Assembly: GCF_006345805.1 (NCBI RefSeq)
Contig: NW_021832576.1
Coordinates: forward strand, 1 to 64,000
Direction: 5' to 3'
Source: Octopus sinensis
Lineage: Eukaryota
DNA length: 64,000 nucleotides
Part shown: piece after piece, positions 1 to 12,889 of the stretch
Layout of the letters: each line of letters begins with the position of its first letter
Numbering within the stretch: the stretch's first letter is position 1
Translations under genes and position numbers: made by a program
Notes under the pieces: model-generated
The model's database searches: none
The model's input: the letters and a program-made list of their open reading frames with translations, nothing else
Told to the model about the DNA's origin: nothing

Positions 1-234
1 ATTAGCAATCACACATATTCTGCACCTTAACACACGGAAACAATTAAGTTCTAATGCTTTAGACGCAGGATGGTACTGAAATCGCTGTAATTAATAATAA
101 ATAGGTTCTAAATTCATTATTAGATTTCATATTTGAATTACATACTTTATATTTCTAATATTTCACATTTCTTATTGGAGTTATAGATTTTCAGTAGTTA
201 TAGTGATACATTAATAAATGTATATTTTTATTGT

Positions 235-450
235 TTATCTTTTAGTTGTTATGTCACTGGATTGCAGGTAGACTGTGACACGACTGAGAAGGCTTAAGTC
301 GAAACAAAATCAACCTGACGTCGGCCTGGGGTTTTATTTTAAAGCCTGATGCTTCCTCTATCTTTCTCTCTGCTGAAGCGCTGATTTACGGTAATGTACG
401 TAAACGACACCGGTTCTGAAGCATGGGTGGTGAGAAACACTAACATGCAC
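235..450 (-). mobile_element. Degenerate 3' half of SINE family B
   Basis: Reverse complement aligns by eye with the 3' half of the better preserved copy at 36060-36260 (gtttacgt...cttagcggttcggcaaaagagaccgatagaataag...). Confidence 0.5.
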
Positions 451-479
451 CCTGTACATAGACATATGTATATATATAT

Positions 480-556
<77 letters not shown>

Positions 557-1344
557 TATATATAATATATTAAATATAGATATAGCAAGAGAGATAGAGA
601 GAGAAAGAGCAGAGAGCGCAAGAAACACTGATCTTGTATGTAGAAAAATAGCTTGTATTAAATCTCTGAGCGATAGATATACAGGAATCGTACCGGATAG
701 TAATGTTTATATACCAACAGAATGCTGCATATAAGCATATCGACGCACAATTTGTGTGACCTCCCTTGCAAATGCTATCCAGACGCAAACTATGTGTCAA
801 TAGTCAGCTGGAAAAGATGTTTTGGGGGGGGGGGTTAAAACGACTGTAGTTATGGTAGGAAAAACTTGCTCAAAGAATCTCACTGTAGGATTGAAGACAA
901 ATCGACACGCTTGGGTAACAAGCTTCTTACTTATATACAAGCCAAATATTAAAGAGTGTATATGCTACTTATACTGAACGATTGAGTTGCGATTGAGTTG
1001 CGCTTAAATTAAGATATACAACTATGTTACTGAAGATTCCGTAAGATAAAGTAATATAAATGCATATTCTAAAGTATTGATGAGTTAATGTACTAAAATT
1101 GTTGTCGACTATAGTCAACAACTACTTTACCAAAAACAATTTTCACTAAATATAAAAACACGTTCTTGAAAAGCGTTTGCACATTTATAAAAGCAAAGCC
1201 TACACACATTTTGTGAAATCTCTTTCCAAAAGTTAGTGTCTTTCGACTTTCTAAAAAAGGTTCCTTTCTCAATCTTAACTCTTTGAGAAAGTCTTCCCTC
1301 CAAATATTATGACTGTATCAAGGAATTTCCAAACTACTCTACAA

Positions 1345-1408
<64 letters not shown>

Positions 1409-1449
1409 TGTGTGTGTGTGTAAATATAGATATAGATATAGATATAGAC

Positions 1450-1610
1450 GACAGGTTTCTTTCAGTTTCCGTCTACCAAATCCACTTACAAGTCTTTGCG
1501 GCCCGAGACTATAGTAGAAGACACTTGCGCAAGCGGCTACGCAGTGAGAACTGAAATCGGAACCATATGGTTGGGAGCAAGCTTCTACTACACAGCCACA
1601 CCTGGCCCTG
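1450..1610 (-). mobile_element. tRNA-derived SINE family B, 5' head and body
   Basis: Reverse complement gives gtggctgtgtagtagaagcttgctcccaaccatatggttccgatttcagttctcactgcgtagcc...gtgtcttctactatag...gtggatttggtagacggaaactgaaagaa, matching the copy at 35833. Confidence 0.75.
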
Positions 1611-1660
1611 TATATATATATATAAGACAAGTTATAAACAAAAAATTACACTAATAGCTC

Positions 1661-1702
<42 letters not shown>

Positions 1703-1704
1703 TA

Positions 1705-2061
1705 CTATACGGGAGATGTACTCGCATAGCAAGTAATTTGATCTGAGATCGTGGCTGAAACGAAACAATTGCAGCGTGGAAGGTGTTTATAAGCATTTAG
1801 AAAACACACAAAAGCCGTTCGATTCACTTCAACATTTAAGTTTAATTGTCAAAAATATTTTCGTCGCTAAAATCCGCGACCTGTTCACTGACAAAGTCCG
1901 TGCTGCATCTCGGAGATGCAGCACGGACTTTGTCAGTGAACAGGTCGCGGATTTTAGCGACGAAAATATTTTGACAAATTAAACTTAAATGTTGAAGTGA
2001 ATCGAACGGCTTTTGTGTGTTCTTAAATGGCTTATAAACACCTTCCACGCTGCCATTGTTT
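1705..2061. mobile_element. Foldback (palindromic) element between (TA)n tracts; ~149 bp arms, 1 nt spacer at 1912
   Basis: 1763-1911 is the reverse complement of 1913-2061, apart from about 5 small differences; centre is gcatctc-g-gagatgc; TA tracts on both sides. Confidence 0.9.
1929..1978 (+). ncRNA. Candidate minimal type-I hammerhead ribozyme, G3:C8 core variant (mirror copy ~1846-1895, minus)
   Basis: TTTGTCA-GTGAACA-G-GTCGC(ggatttta)GCGAC-GAAA-A(TA)T-TT-TGACAAA: stem I 7 bp, stem II 5 bp, palindromic stem III AATATT. Confidence 0.6.
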
Positions 2062-2499
2062 ATATATTATATATATATATATATATAATATATATAAACA
2101 CAGACACATACACACACATTTATAGTTATGAATATGTTTACTGATATATTATGCAATCAATATTCTGACATATTGATTATCGACGCTAAATCTTTGAGGT
2201 GTGTATGTACTATATTATGCTATGTATATATTATGAAATATCAATATCTAAATGGACCAAAATGTTGATGAGAATATACACTGAGATATCTCACTGATAT
2301 CTGGATTTGAACTCTGAATGCAAAGAATTCAGAAAAAAAGAACAGTAGGACATCTGAGCCAATATTCTTGGAGTTTCATCAATTTAACACGAGTTAAATA
2401 TATTCAATGAGAATATTATATACTGAATTTATATCGAGTGCACTATTGTATCAAAGTAGTAATACTATTAATGTATTTATATATTTAATATGAGCGATT

Positions 2500-3070
2500 A
2501 TATACATATATGATTTTTAATAATATATTATTATTAGTATTAGGAAATCAATATCAAAACTCCTCAGAATGATATACACGTGTGAAAAATAATTGTTGTA
2601 TTAAAAATACATAAATAACTAAGTATAAATATGTATAAAAATATATGTAGATATGTATAAGTATAAATACTACATTACACATTATATATTTTTAATTATA
2701 AAGGCGGCGAGCTGGTAGAAAGGATAGCACGCCGGGCGAAATGCGTAGCCGTATTTCGTCTGCCGTTACGTTCTGGGTTCAAATTCCGCCGAGGTCGACT
2801 TTGCCATTCATCCTTTCGGGTCGATAAATTAAGTACCACTTACGCACTGGGGTCGATGTAATCGACTTAATCCGTTTGTCTGTCGTTGTTTGTCCCCCTC
2901 TGTGTTTAGCCCCTTGTGGGTAGTAAAGAAATATATTTATAGTTATACATTTTTATATCTATTTATTTATATAGTTTTAATACAATTATTTTTCACACGT
3001 GTATATCTTTCTGAGGAGTTTTGATTTCTTAATATTAATAATAACATATTATTAAAAAATATATATGTAT
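2500..3070. repeat. Imperfect foldback element with a SINE in its centre
   Basis: 2510-2600 (aaactcctcagaatgatatacacgtgtgaaaaataattg) is reverse-complementary to 2977-3070 (caattatttttcacacgtgtatatctttctgaggagtttt). Confidence 0.75.
2703..2933 (+). mobile_element. tRNA-derived SINE family A, full length
   Basis: ggcggcgagctggtagaa...gggttcaaattccgccgaggtcgactttgcc...ggggtcgataaattaagtacc...gtagtaaagaaata; B-box-like GGTTCAAATT; near-identical to 59533-59765. Confidence 0.85.
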
Positions 3071-3985
3071 ATCAATTTACCACTCTAAAGTGTGATATTT
3101 TTATTGACTCAGAATAATATATGATGAAGCAGACCTCGGCCAGATTTGAACTAAGACTGCGGATAGAAAATAATAATCGCGAGTCATATTAAGCAAAGAG
3201 CTCAAATCTATTTTGATTCGAATTCCTTCCCTTCGATAGGTTCATTCTTTCAACCACTTCTCAGTAAGTTCCACCTGATCATATTTTATGAGCATCACAA
3301 ATCGAATCCTTCAGCTGATTCTGATTGACACCACCTGAAGAAATAACAGGATATTCGCATGTGGAGACGTCGTCCAATACACTTCCGATAGTTACAAAAG
3401 TTTTCCGATATAGAAGCTGTAGATGATATAGAAGCCATAAATGGCGAACAGTTGTCAAGAAGGGGTTCCATTGATATTGTACAGAAATGATGGAATAAAA
3501 TTTATTCAAATATTTGTCAATCCAAACAATCTTTATTGCATATCAGTTATTCTTCATTATCTGAACATCTTTTTCATAAACTAATGCGTATATATAATTA
3601 TATATGCACAAAATCAAGGACCCAAAAATGAATATGCTAATTATTCATGGATACAACAACAACATGGAAACCCATGAATATTTATATTTCTAAAGCAGAC
3701 AATCGCACATCCTGTATTTAAAATCACGTACACAGATACAGTGTGCGTGCACATATATTGTGTGCGTGTGTGTGTGCGTTTGTAGCTATACAAGTAGTTG
3801 TATTTATCATACATATAAACACACTTTTACACATACACAGACATACACGCACATACACACAAGCATTCATATGTATTCAACACACATATACATAACTATA
3901 TATATGTACCCCATATATTTATTAGGAGTATGTGCATATATATATATATATATATATATCTATATACATATACCATTACTGGGAG

Positions 3986-4022
<37 letters not shown>

Positions 4023-4249
4023 TATATATATATGCATTATATATATGTATTATATATGTATGTATGTATGTATATATGTGTGTGTGTCTGCTCCCAGACT
4101 CACAGGTGCACATATATTTAAATAGATATACACATTTGTATGAATGTGTGCGTACACGGATATGTATTTTAATGTATGTATAGATAGAAGTGTGTTAAAG
4201 CTTGTTGAATAACTGAGAGACATAGAAACAACAACTTGGAAAGATACAA

Positions 4250-5700
4250 CAAAATAGTTGAAAAAAACTTGGTAATATAAATGTAAGAACAAAATTTACT
4301 TTTCACTTAGAACAAATAATTGCATGATAATTCACTTTAAAATATTTTCTTCACAAAACCAGTAAAACTTGAGAAGGAATAAGGAATCGTTTGAAGCTGA
4401 ATTTCTTATAAAGTTATAAGCGTTCAGGTTGCTGAAGTATAACGCACGTGGTACAGCATATTGTATTTCTTGGATTTTATCTCAGGTTACTTTTTTGTCA
4501 ATAGTTAGGGTAAATCTATATGTGTCAGTCTTTGCGTTTTACGGTTCTGCTTGGATTGTTTAGATTAGGTAAGTGGACAATTTTCTTGCTGCTTATTCAG
4601 GGATGTTTTGTTTGGTCTAATGATGATGGTTTCTTTGATCTGTTAGTTACCAACAACTTTCCCAGCATCTCTGATTTCAGTCATGATGCTCTGTATCATT
4701 TATTTAAATGAGATATATGCAAAATATTTTGAGAAGTAGTTTCCATGAAATAATAATCGATCATGAGACAGGCCGCACTACTATAACGGTTCAATGTAAG
4801 TTTTCTTTTGGTTTATCATTCAAAAAGTCCCTCAGGTCGCAGTTTTCCTATGATCTTCATTCTATGCAAATTTTTGCCCAAAGGTAAATGTTTGGGGTTT
4901 TCTTTTGAAGGAAGTTAACTAAAAGATATACGTAATCTTTACCATTCGTCTTTTGTAATTTCAAGATTTAAATATCTTAAATTCCCAATTCTAAATTCCT
5001 AATTCCCAATTCAAATTTTCCGTTAAATATTTAACTGCTTGGTAATTCAAACAGGGTTTGTTGCATAACGTGTTTGACATATTGAGATTAAACTTTTTGT
5101 TTTAGTGTAAAAGGCAGATATACCTTTATTCTGTCGAATTTAAGATCTTGGCAAATGCACTTAATATTTTTTTTCTCACTCGCATATGGATAGAAATTTC
5201 TACTACGACAAATAAATGACATTCCCTTTACTGGAATATTCTGCTGTAATGTGATATTTGCTCATCCGTTGATTCTGATGTGTTATATAGGTTTTTGCAT
5301 AAAAGGAAATATAGAATTGTTTCTATACTTGAATAAATTGATAAACTGGAAACGTCCAGAGCTGAAATTGATACATAGACCTCATATATGAATTTTATGA
5401 ATCACCTACTACTTTAATACAAGCTCTATATACTATCCTTTTTCGGCAGGCATCTCCCTTTAGGTAGCAATTTATTACATATCTATTCTTGCATTTACGT
5501 TCAATTTGTGGGTTATGTTTATATTTCCAGGCTTTATTTAATGTCTTGTGTTTCCTAAACTGATGTATCTGACTTAAACATCACTTTTATTATCTCATGG
5601 TATCTATGGAATATACAGGAATGTTTGTGTGTATGCTTGTTTGTGTATGAGTATATTTTCACATAAGCAAACATCTATAATAGTTACACTCCTATATTAT
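4250..5700 (-). pseudogene. Heavily decayed Penelope-like RT/endonuclease remnant
   Basis: Minus-strand translation gives fragments such as SALDVSSL (cf. VSFDVVNLY in the 39 kb element) and a linker/EN-like tail; many stops. By-eye similarity only. Confidence 0.4.
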
Positions 5701-5744
5701 TCTTATATGCATATGTATCTTATATGCATTTTTCGATAAAGGTA

Positions 5745-5895
5745 CGTACAGCCCTCAAGCAAAGGATAATTACGGTTTCATACCTTATAAGAACTCACCA
5801 CACATTTAAAACCTAGAAGACGATCTTATAAAGTTAGTAAAAAAATGTAAAATTCATCCAAAACTGCAAGTTCCAACACACATCACAGACAGAAA
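5745..5895 (+). pseudogene. Fragment of a different Penelope-like ORF (pre-RT region)
   Basis: Translates as YGF...EDDLIKLVKNVKFIQNCKFQ, resembling the FEDDL..LV.NIKF motif upstream of Penelope/Poseidon RT. Confidence 0.4.
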
Positions 5896-6835
5896 GTTCT
5901 CAGGATCCAGCCAACCAGCCGTCTGCAATTTGTTGCTATCTTGGTAATGCGCACTTGGAACGAGGTATCATCATGCATGTCGATACCCAGGTCACGCCCT
6001 GATTTTGGTTCCGGGATTGTAATCCATCCTGGGCCAGTGTACCCTGTAAGTTTTTCGTTCCGTTTTGGGTATTAATAGCGCATGGCTACGAATTTTCTAG
6101 CATTAAACTGCATATTATTGTCTTCAGTGCATATGTAAATTGCATGCAGGCGTGCAACATCGCTAGGCGTTTGAATTTTCTGCGAGACTTCAGAATCGTC
6201 TGCGTTGTTAACAAGGGTGGCTATTCGGGTAGCTGAAGGTATATCTGAGCAGGCTACTATGAAAAGCAGTGGTCCCAATCAGTGCCTTGTGGAACGCCAC
6301 TCAGTATTTGTATTTCCTTTGAGGTGTCTCCATTGGCCACCACTACCTGACTTCTATCTTTCAGAATGTCAGGTAAGCATTCTCCAAGTTTTCAAGCTAT
6401 GCCAAAACCGCGCAGTTTGTGGCATATCATAACATAATAAACTTTATCAAAAGCTTTTGAAATGTCAAGGTCTATTATGTCCACACTGGAGTTGTCGAGT
6501 AACTGCTTCAACTCCCAATCATAGTGATGTAGAGGTTGTGTCAGGCAGCACCTATTTGGTCGAAAACATGCAGGGGGTCACTCAGCAAGTCGTTTTCATC
6601 AAGGAATGTGATTATTTCCCCTTCTAACTATTCGTTCCATGATTTTGCTGTGTGAAGTCAGAGAGATAGCTCTATAATTTTTGGCATCTGCTCTGCTTTC
6701 ACCTTTGTGGATTGGGCATATTATTCCCTCCTTCAGTTTACTTGGTAGCTTACCATTTATAAGAAAACTCTGGGAAGAGGATCTGTTTTTCCTGGGCACG
6801 TTTGCACAATTTGAGGAGGTTTGCTGGGAAACCAA
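5895..6835 (-). mobile_element. CR1/L2-clade LINE RT fragment, frameshifted
   Basis: KLPSKLKEGIICPIHKG..RADAKNYRAISLTSHSKIMERIVR and GPLLFI..SD...NADDSEV...NNMQFNARKF are typical APE-LINE RT motifs. Confidence 0.85.
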
Positions 6836-7027
6836 ATTAAAGCAAATTATAAATAAATAATCTGCCTAAGGAACATCATTTTTATAGGATTATTATATTT
6901 CTACATTTTATTTCAAAATACAGTTGGGCATTCTTCTTTAGGTATGCCATATGTGTAATATAACGACACAGATAATAACATTGTGTATCGGGGGTATAAT
7001 TATAATAATCTCTTTATATATATATAT

Positions 7028-7200
7028 AAATTAGGGAGTATGGCTCCAAACTTACAGGGAAAAATTAGATTTAGTATTAAATCAAATTTCACAGTATAAA
7101 TATATAAAATATGAATTAGAGATAAAACTACTATTAGGCAACTCAAACAGTGATAGACATAAACCAATACATAAATAACAAAAATATATATAATTAATAT
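7028..7200 (-). mobile_element. Solo 3' terminus of the PLE-like family seen at 24100-24275
   Basis: ccaaacttacagggaaaaattagatttagtattaaatc...ttagagataaaactactatt matches the reverse complement of 24110-24265; abuts a TA tract. A further copy lies at ~43845-43910. Confidence 0.6.
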
Positions 7201-7208
7201 AATATATA

Positions 7209-7241
<33 letters not shown>

Positions 7242-7344
7242 TAATTTTCTTTTTTTTTCCCAAAAGTATAATATAATATAATAAGTAAATATATATAATA
7301 TATATTATATATATATATATATATATATTATATATTATATATAT

Positions 7345-7349
7345 TATAT

Positions 7350-7406
<57 letters not shown>

Positions 7407-7435
7407 GATATATAGATAGATAGATAGATAGATGA
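7345..7435. repeat. (TAGA)n microsatellite
   Basis: Direct observation. Similar tracts at 8068-8115, 31449-31565 and 60764-60985. Confidence 0.95.
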
Positions 7436-7534
7436 TCTGTACTACTTATCTACCGAGTCTCGACCTATCTACCGAGTCTTTACAAACGTGATAAAGAGAG
7501 GCAGAAAAAAAGGAAATTTCTCTACTATTTGAAA

Positions 7535-7715
7535 ACTATGGAAATATTTAACAAAATATTTCATTTAATTTTTCCACAATTGAATTCTTTTTCATGCTTT
7601 ACTCTAAGTTGAAAAAGTCGCGAAGACTGAAACCGTTACGAAAATGTTCTTCAAAATAATTTAGCATTTTCTACCTTATACATATCAACTCGCGTGTTAA
7701 TTTTCAACCTTCTAC
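7535..7715 (+). mobile_element. Diverged pLTR end of the Neptune-like PLE family, with hammerhead remnant at 7609-7638
   Basis: actatggaaatattt...agttgaaaaagtcgcgaagactgaaaccgtta...tagcattttcta...atatcaactcgcgtgtt aligns with the reverse complement of 41585-41780. Confidence 0.7.
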
Positions 7716-8063
7716 GCACACACACGCACATATATGTATACATATATGTATATATATATAAATGTGTATATAAATATATGCATCTATTTCTATCTATCCA
7801 CCTCTCTCTCTCTATATATATATATATATTTTTATGTATATACATGCACATATCTATATCTATATATCTATGTATGTATGTATGTATCTATTTATTTTTT
7901 CTTTTCCTTTTTTTTCTTTTTTTCTTTTTTTTTGTTCTTTTTTCCCTTTTACGATCCCTTTTGATCGAAAAACTACGCCACCTTTTTTTTCTCCCCCAAA
8001 AGAAAAGCTCTACCTTGTAACTTGTCCCATCTGTGTGCAGCCTTATGTGGCCAATAAAGAAAC

Positions 8064-8101
<38 letters not shown>

Positions 8102-8110
8102 CTCTATCTA

Positions 8111-8148
<38 letters not shown>

Positions 8149-9316
8149 GTATGTATATCTTTATATGTATATATGTATATTTTTATAATTTCATATATAT
8201 ATATACACTTAGAAACACACACACTCGTACACACACATATATATACGTGTGTATGAGTGTGTGTAGGTGGTGTTTTTGTGTGGGTGGTGTTTTTGTGTGA
8301 GTGTCAGTATGTGTACACCAGTTATATATGCGAATGTTTAACTGGTTGTTTGTATCATTTATTGAATATTGGACAAATACCGTTGTCAAATCGGAGGTCA
8401 ATTAAATATATCTTAGATTTGTGGTTGTAGTTATTTTGGATTAAACCAGCTCTGATCTACTCATCGAGGCATATCACTACGAAATTTTATTCTTCAAATT
8501 TTTATTGGTGACACAATTTTCTGTCGTACAATATCTAACATATACTTCTGTGCTAAATTTCTACCTGTGTAATTTTACAGACACTTAGCAGGTATTTTAG
8601 CCGTTAAGTTGAAAATCTTGAATAAAACGTCACCCTACTATCTCCATCGCACTTGTCTGGGATTCAGTATTAAGCAGCAAATGATCTGTTAATGTTATGA
8701 TGAGCAAACAAATTCCTGCGTACTTGTCACTTATGCTTGGTTGCGTTTTACATAAAACGCAAGCGATAAGAGCATAAAATAGTAATTAGCTGGATCTTTT
8801 CTCACACTGTATGTTTTAAAGAGACACTACAGAATTTTCTCTTCTGCAGTAGGGACCATTTCATTAGAAAATCAATATCAGCGGTCTATGCTAGTTAGCA
8901 TGTATAAAAACACCCTTTATACATCGTTTACAAGACTCCCATACCGACTTTATTGGCGAAATCCAGCAATCACATGCACAAATACGATTTTCAGCCACGT
9001 TTTATGTAACGACAGACATTTACCCAGTTTAATTCCTTACGTCTCTCATGCAGAAAAACCAAATGATCCAAGTGGAACTCGATAACAATAAGATATTCGA
9101 TTTATTGGATTAATACCGGGATGATTTTAATTTTTCATGACGGTCTTCATTAGAACAGTTGAATACATCTGTTTATAATATATCGAGCGAGATTTAGTGT
9201 ACTGTAATATATACAGACATATGCATACGTATACATACATACACACACACATATATATACATATATACAGGTATGTATATGTATGCATATATAAATGCAT
9301 ATATATATATATATAC

Positions 9317-9359
<43 letters not shown>

Positions 9360-9380
9360 ACGAAGCGCATATATAGGTGC

Positions 9381-9440
<60 letters not shown>

Positions 9441-9575
9441 TAATGTGTAAAATTTCATTGATTTACGTTTTATTCCGGTGTCTTATGTATTACGCAATAT
9501 ATAAAATAAAATAGTATATACATTATGCATATAATTCTGTCTATGTGTACAATATATGCTTGTGTATAGGTATGT

Positions 9576-9639
<64 letters not shown>

Positions 9640-10583
9640 TTTGTGTGTATGTATATACATATATATATATATATACACACATGTGTGTGTGTGTGTATAC
9701 TCATATACTTACATGTGTCAGTATATGCGTGTATATATGTGTGACGAGTTTTTTTACGTTTATCTACATCATTACAAGAAATGTCTCTCTCACTATTCCG
9801 ATTCGCCTTTTTTTTTTGTCGTGTCAGTTTTTTTCACAATGTATATAACGAATATTTGACGGAAGGTTACTTTTCATGTTAAACAGAAACAAAAAGAAAA
9901 TAAAAGAATTAAATATGGAAACGAATAAATGAATAAATAAAATGCATGATCTGCATAAAAATTAGAGCAGCAAAAAAACCTCGTATGAATGTCTAAATGA
10001 ATCGATCAGGAAGAAAAAACTGATGAGCTGCATGCTTCTGATTGATGATTTCAAAGTAACGAATACATTGTCATGCTTCATACCACACCTAATCAAATAT
10101 TAATATAAACCTTGTATCGCAATATATTTAGAACTATTGCCGTGGTTTAGATTTTTCCTTTGGTGTTTTTATTTTGTGAGACAAATCTAGCCAGCTACTT
10201 TTTTCTCATATCAGTTTGATCTACAAAAATGAGTGTTCTCATTAAAAAAGTTCCGACCGTTTCATCATCAAATACTCACGCTTTTACATCTTGTCACCCT
10301 TAATCAACTTTCAATAGTTACTGATAAATTCAGCAAAAAACCTGATAAGTTCCACGTTACTACGAGATATTTCACTATTGTGTCCTTGTTTTTGATGTTA
10401 TAGGACAGCAAAAATCGGCGTCAGGAATTTTTCAATAAAAAAAAACTGAAGATAATCTTGCTTCGATGTTCGTTGACTCATGGATAAGTTACTAACTTTT
10501 TCTGACAAATAAATTGGCTTTACATTCTAATGGCTTAGATAATATACCGCTCTTTTTTATTCAATATTACTATTATTATTATT

Positions 10584-11031
10584 CAGTAGTTTTATTTTTA
10601 TAGCGTGCTTTCACTTCACTACCGAGCGCAGCTCTGTGTGCCTTAGGTATGTGCTGTGATTTGTTGTGATGCTCTGATGGTTCTTGTATGGAAAGTGTTC
10701 TGCGTAGGATGTGTGCAGTGCCTAGTAGTGCAATTTTCTGTATGTTATATGTGTTTGTAAGTTCTGGTGTTTTTGTTATGTATTTGTCTGAATATTTTTT
10801 TATCATGCCTAATGCACCTAGGAATTGTTTCTGTTTTTAGATTCCACATTCTGGCTACCTCTATTTCCAGGTCTTTGTATTTTGAAAGTTTCTCCATTTC
10901 TTTTAGAGACACGTTGTCATCAGCCGGTATTGATACATCAATTCGAAAGCATTTTTTTTCTTCATGGTCTCTGACAACTATATCTGGTCTGTTGGCCTTA
11001 ATTTCTCTATCTGTGTGTATTGGCATATCCC
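10584..11031 (-). mobile_element. 5'-truncated R4/Dong-like RLE LINE (endonuclease C-terminus plus 3' UTR) in (TAA)n
   Basis: PIHTDREIKANRPDIVV...IDVSIPADDN...EKLSKYKDL...LGTAHILRRTLS; TTA tracts on both sides; 8 bp deletion relative to the copy at 14408. Confidence 0.85.
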
Positions 11032-11035
11032 GATA

Positions 11036-11090
<55 letters not shown>

Positions 11091-11636
11091 GAGTGAGAAG
11101 GCAGTGCATGCCATCAAAGTGTCTCTAGCGTAAAATATACAAAGCCCAGTATATCCATCATGACATCCGTCTGATAAGCGTACACCAGGAACATGAATCA
11201 CAACCATATGTGCGCGACCTGGTGATCTCATATCAAGATAAACAGCGCATGACTTTGAAGTTGGGGACCAGTTATAATTTTCTTCAGGTCAAGCGGCCTA
11301 TCCGGCTTAGAAGGTCCCTGAGTAAGGGTCATTTAAGGATGTTGAACGAAACGGCCATGTTTCAAGAGGTGAATTATCCAAATCCCCAAAGAATATTCCT
11401 CTCAACACATTGCTATAATGCTCCCCCGACTAATTCTGCTCGTTCTCGGAGATGCACATATCGTCAGCCACCAAAGTACAGGCTCAACAAGTTATGGTCA
11501 AACAACTACAATCAAATGTGTGGGTTGAGCAAAATATTTTCTGTCGCCCATCTTTTATACCAAGACAAAGCAATGTACATGGTAACACTCCCAATCAGTT
11601 AAGATCAGAAGACACTGCCTGGTGCTGCATCAGGGC

Positions 11637-11637
<1 letters not shown>
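11091..11637. mobile_element. ~550 bp non-coding interspersed repeat embedded in (TTA)n, copy 1
   Basis: Colinear with 12305-12856; pure TTA tracts on both sides; no credible ORF. Confidence 0.85.
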
Positions 11638-11691
<54 letters not shown>

Positions 11692-11924
11692 TATTTCTTT
11701 CTATTATCATCATTATTTGATGAAATCTCTCCGCTTATTTTCTGGGCACGATGGAAAGAGTCCCCTTCTCACAATCAGCGAACTAAGGTGACATTTCTTT
11801 ACTAATCATGATTCAAGACACGTGCGGATTATTATAATGACTAACCTGAAAACTAAGATTCTATTAAATTTCTATCATATTTCAGTTTCATTTCAATAGA
11901 ATTTTAAGAGAATCAGGTGTTATC

Positions 11925-12195
11925 AAGTTGACAATGTTTTAATTAATATGCGGCCAGTACCCATGAGAATAAATATATGTAGCTCCGATGCCTCGAGGTT
12001 TCCAGATATTTGGCCATAGTATTTAAGGGTGCCTTTTGATATTGTTCTCCAAACCCCGATGCTTATAGGTACATATTCTTACTTGTCATATGTTTGAGAT
12101 CTCTGTTTCAAGGTTTTCATATTTATTCAATTTTTCAAATAACCTTACAGAAGTGTTCCAGTTTGCGGGGATTGACATGCTTATGAGGAGTCATA
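11925..12195 (-). pseudogene. Old decayed R4/Dong-like LINE C-terminal fragment
   Basis: Minus-strand translation across breaks gives YENLETEISN...ILMGTGRILIKTL, cf. YKDLEVEISKMW...LMGTAHILRKIL. Confidence 0.55.
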
Positions 12196-12231
12196 TTTTT
12201 TGACACAATATGTAGTCCTTTGGTCTATGTA

Positions 12232-12304
<73 letters not shown>

Positions 12305-12856
12305 GAGCGAGAGAGCAGTGTATGCCATCGAAGTGACACTGGGGTAAAATATGCGAAGCCCAGTATATCCATCATGACTACCCGTCTGATAAGGGTACAC
12401 TAGGCGCATGCATCACAACCATATGTGCGCGACATGATCTCATATCAAGATAAACAGCACATGGCCTTGCAGGTGGGGCCCAGTTAGAATTTTATTCTGG
12501 TCGAGTAACCCATTCCGCTCAAAAAGTCCCTGAATAAGGGTTGTTTAAGGATGCTGGACGAAACACCCATGTTTCCAGAGGTGAGTTATTCAAACCCCCA
12601 AATAATCCCTCTCAACACACGGCTATGATGCTCCCCCACTACTTCTGCTCGTGATCAGAGATGCACATATCGTCAGTCACTAAGTTACATGCTCAACTGG
12701 TTACGGTCAAACAACTGACAAGCAAATCTGTGGTATTGAGCAGAATATTTGCTGTAGCCCATCTTTTATACCAACACAAAACAATGTACATGATGACACT
12801 TCCAATCAGTTAAGATTGGAAGCCATGAGAGCCACTGCCTGGTACTGCATCAGGGC
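12305..12856. mobile_element. ~550 bp non-coding interspersed repeat embedded in (TTA)n, copy 2
   Basis: Same ends as copy 1 (gag.gaga.agcagtg...ctgcatcagggc); TTA tracts on both sides. Confidence 0.85.

Positions 12857-12889
<33 letters not shown>

Noticed and set aside
279-312. ctgagaa-ggc(ttaa)gtc-gaaac hammerhead-like string
   Set aside because: C3:A8 mismatch, no stem III or stem I, and the sequence is the antisense of a degenerate SINE B 3' part.
3270-3560. Possible coding fragment (LTPPEEITG...DDIEAINGEQLSRRGS)
   Set aside because: It needs frameshifts, has no convincing splice sites, and the resemblance to piggyBac-like acidic N-termini is vague; a tblastx search would be needed.
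11400-11520. HDV-like ribozyme in the 550 bp TTA-embedded repeat
   Set aside because: An L3-like heptamer and a CTAA-like string are present, but I could not find P1 and P2 pairings.
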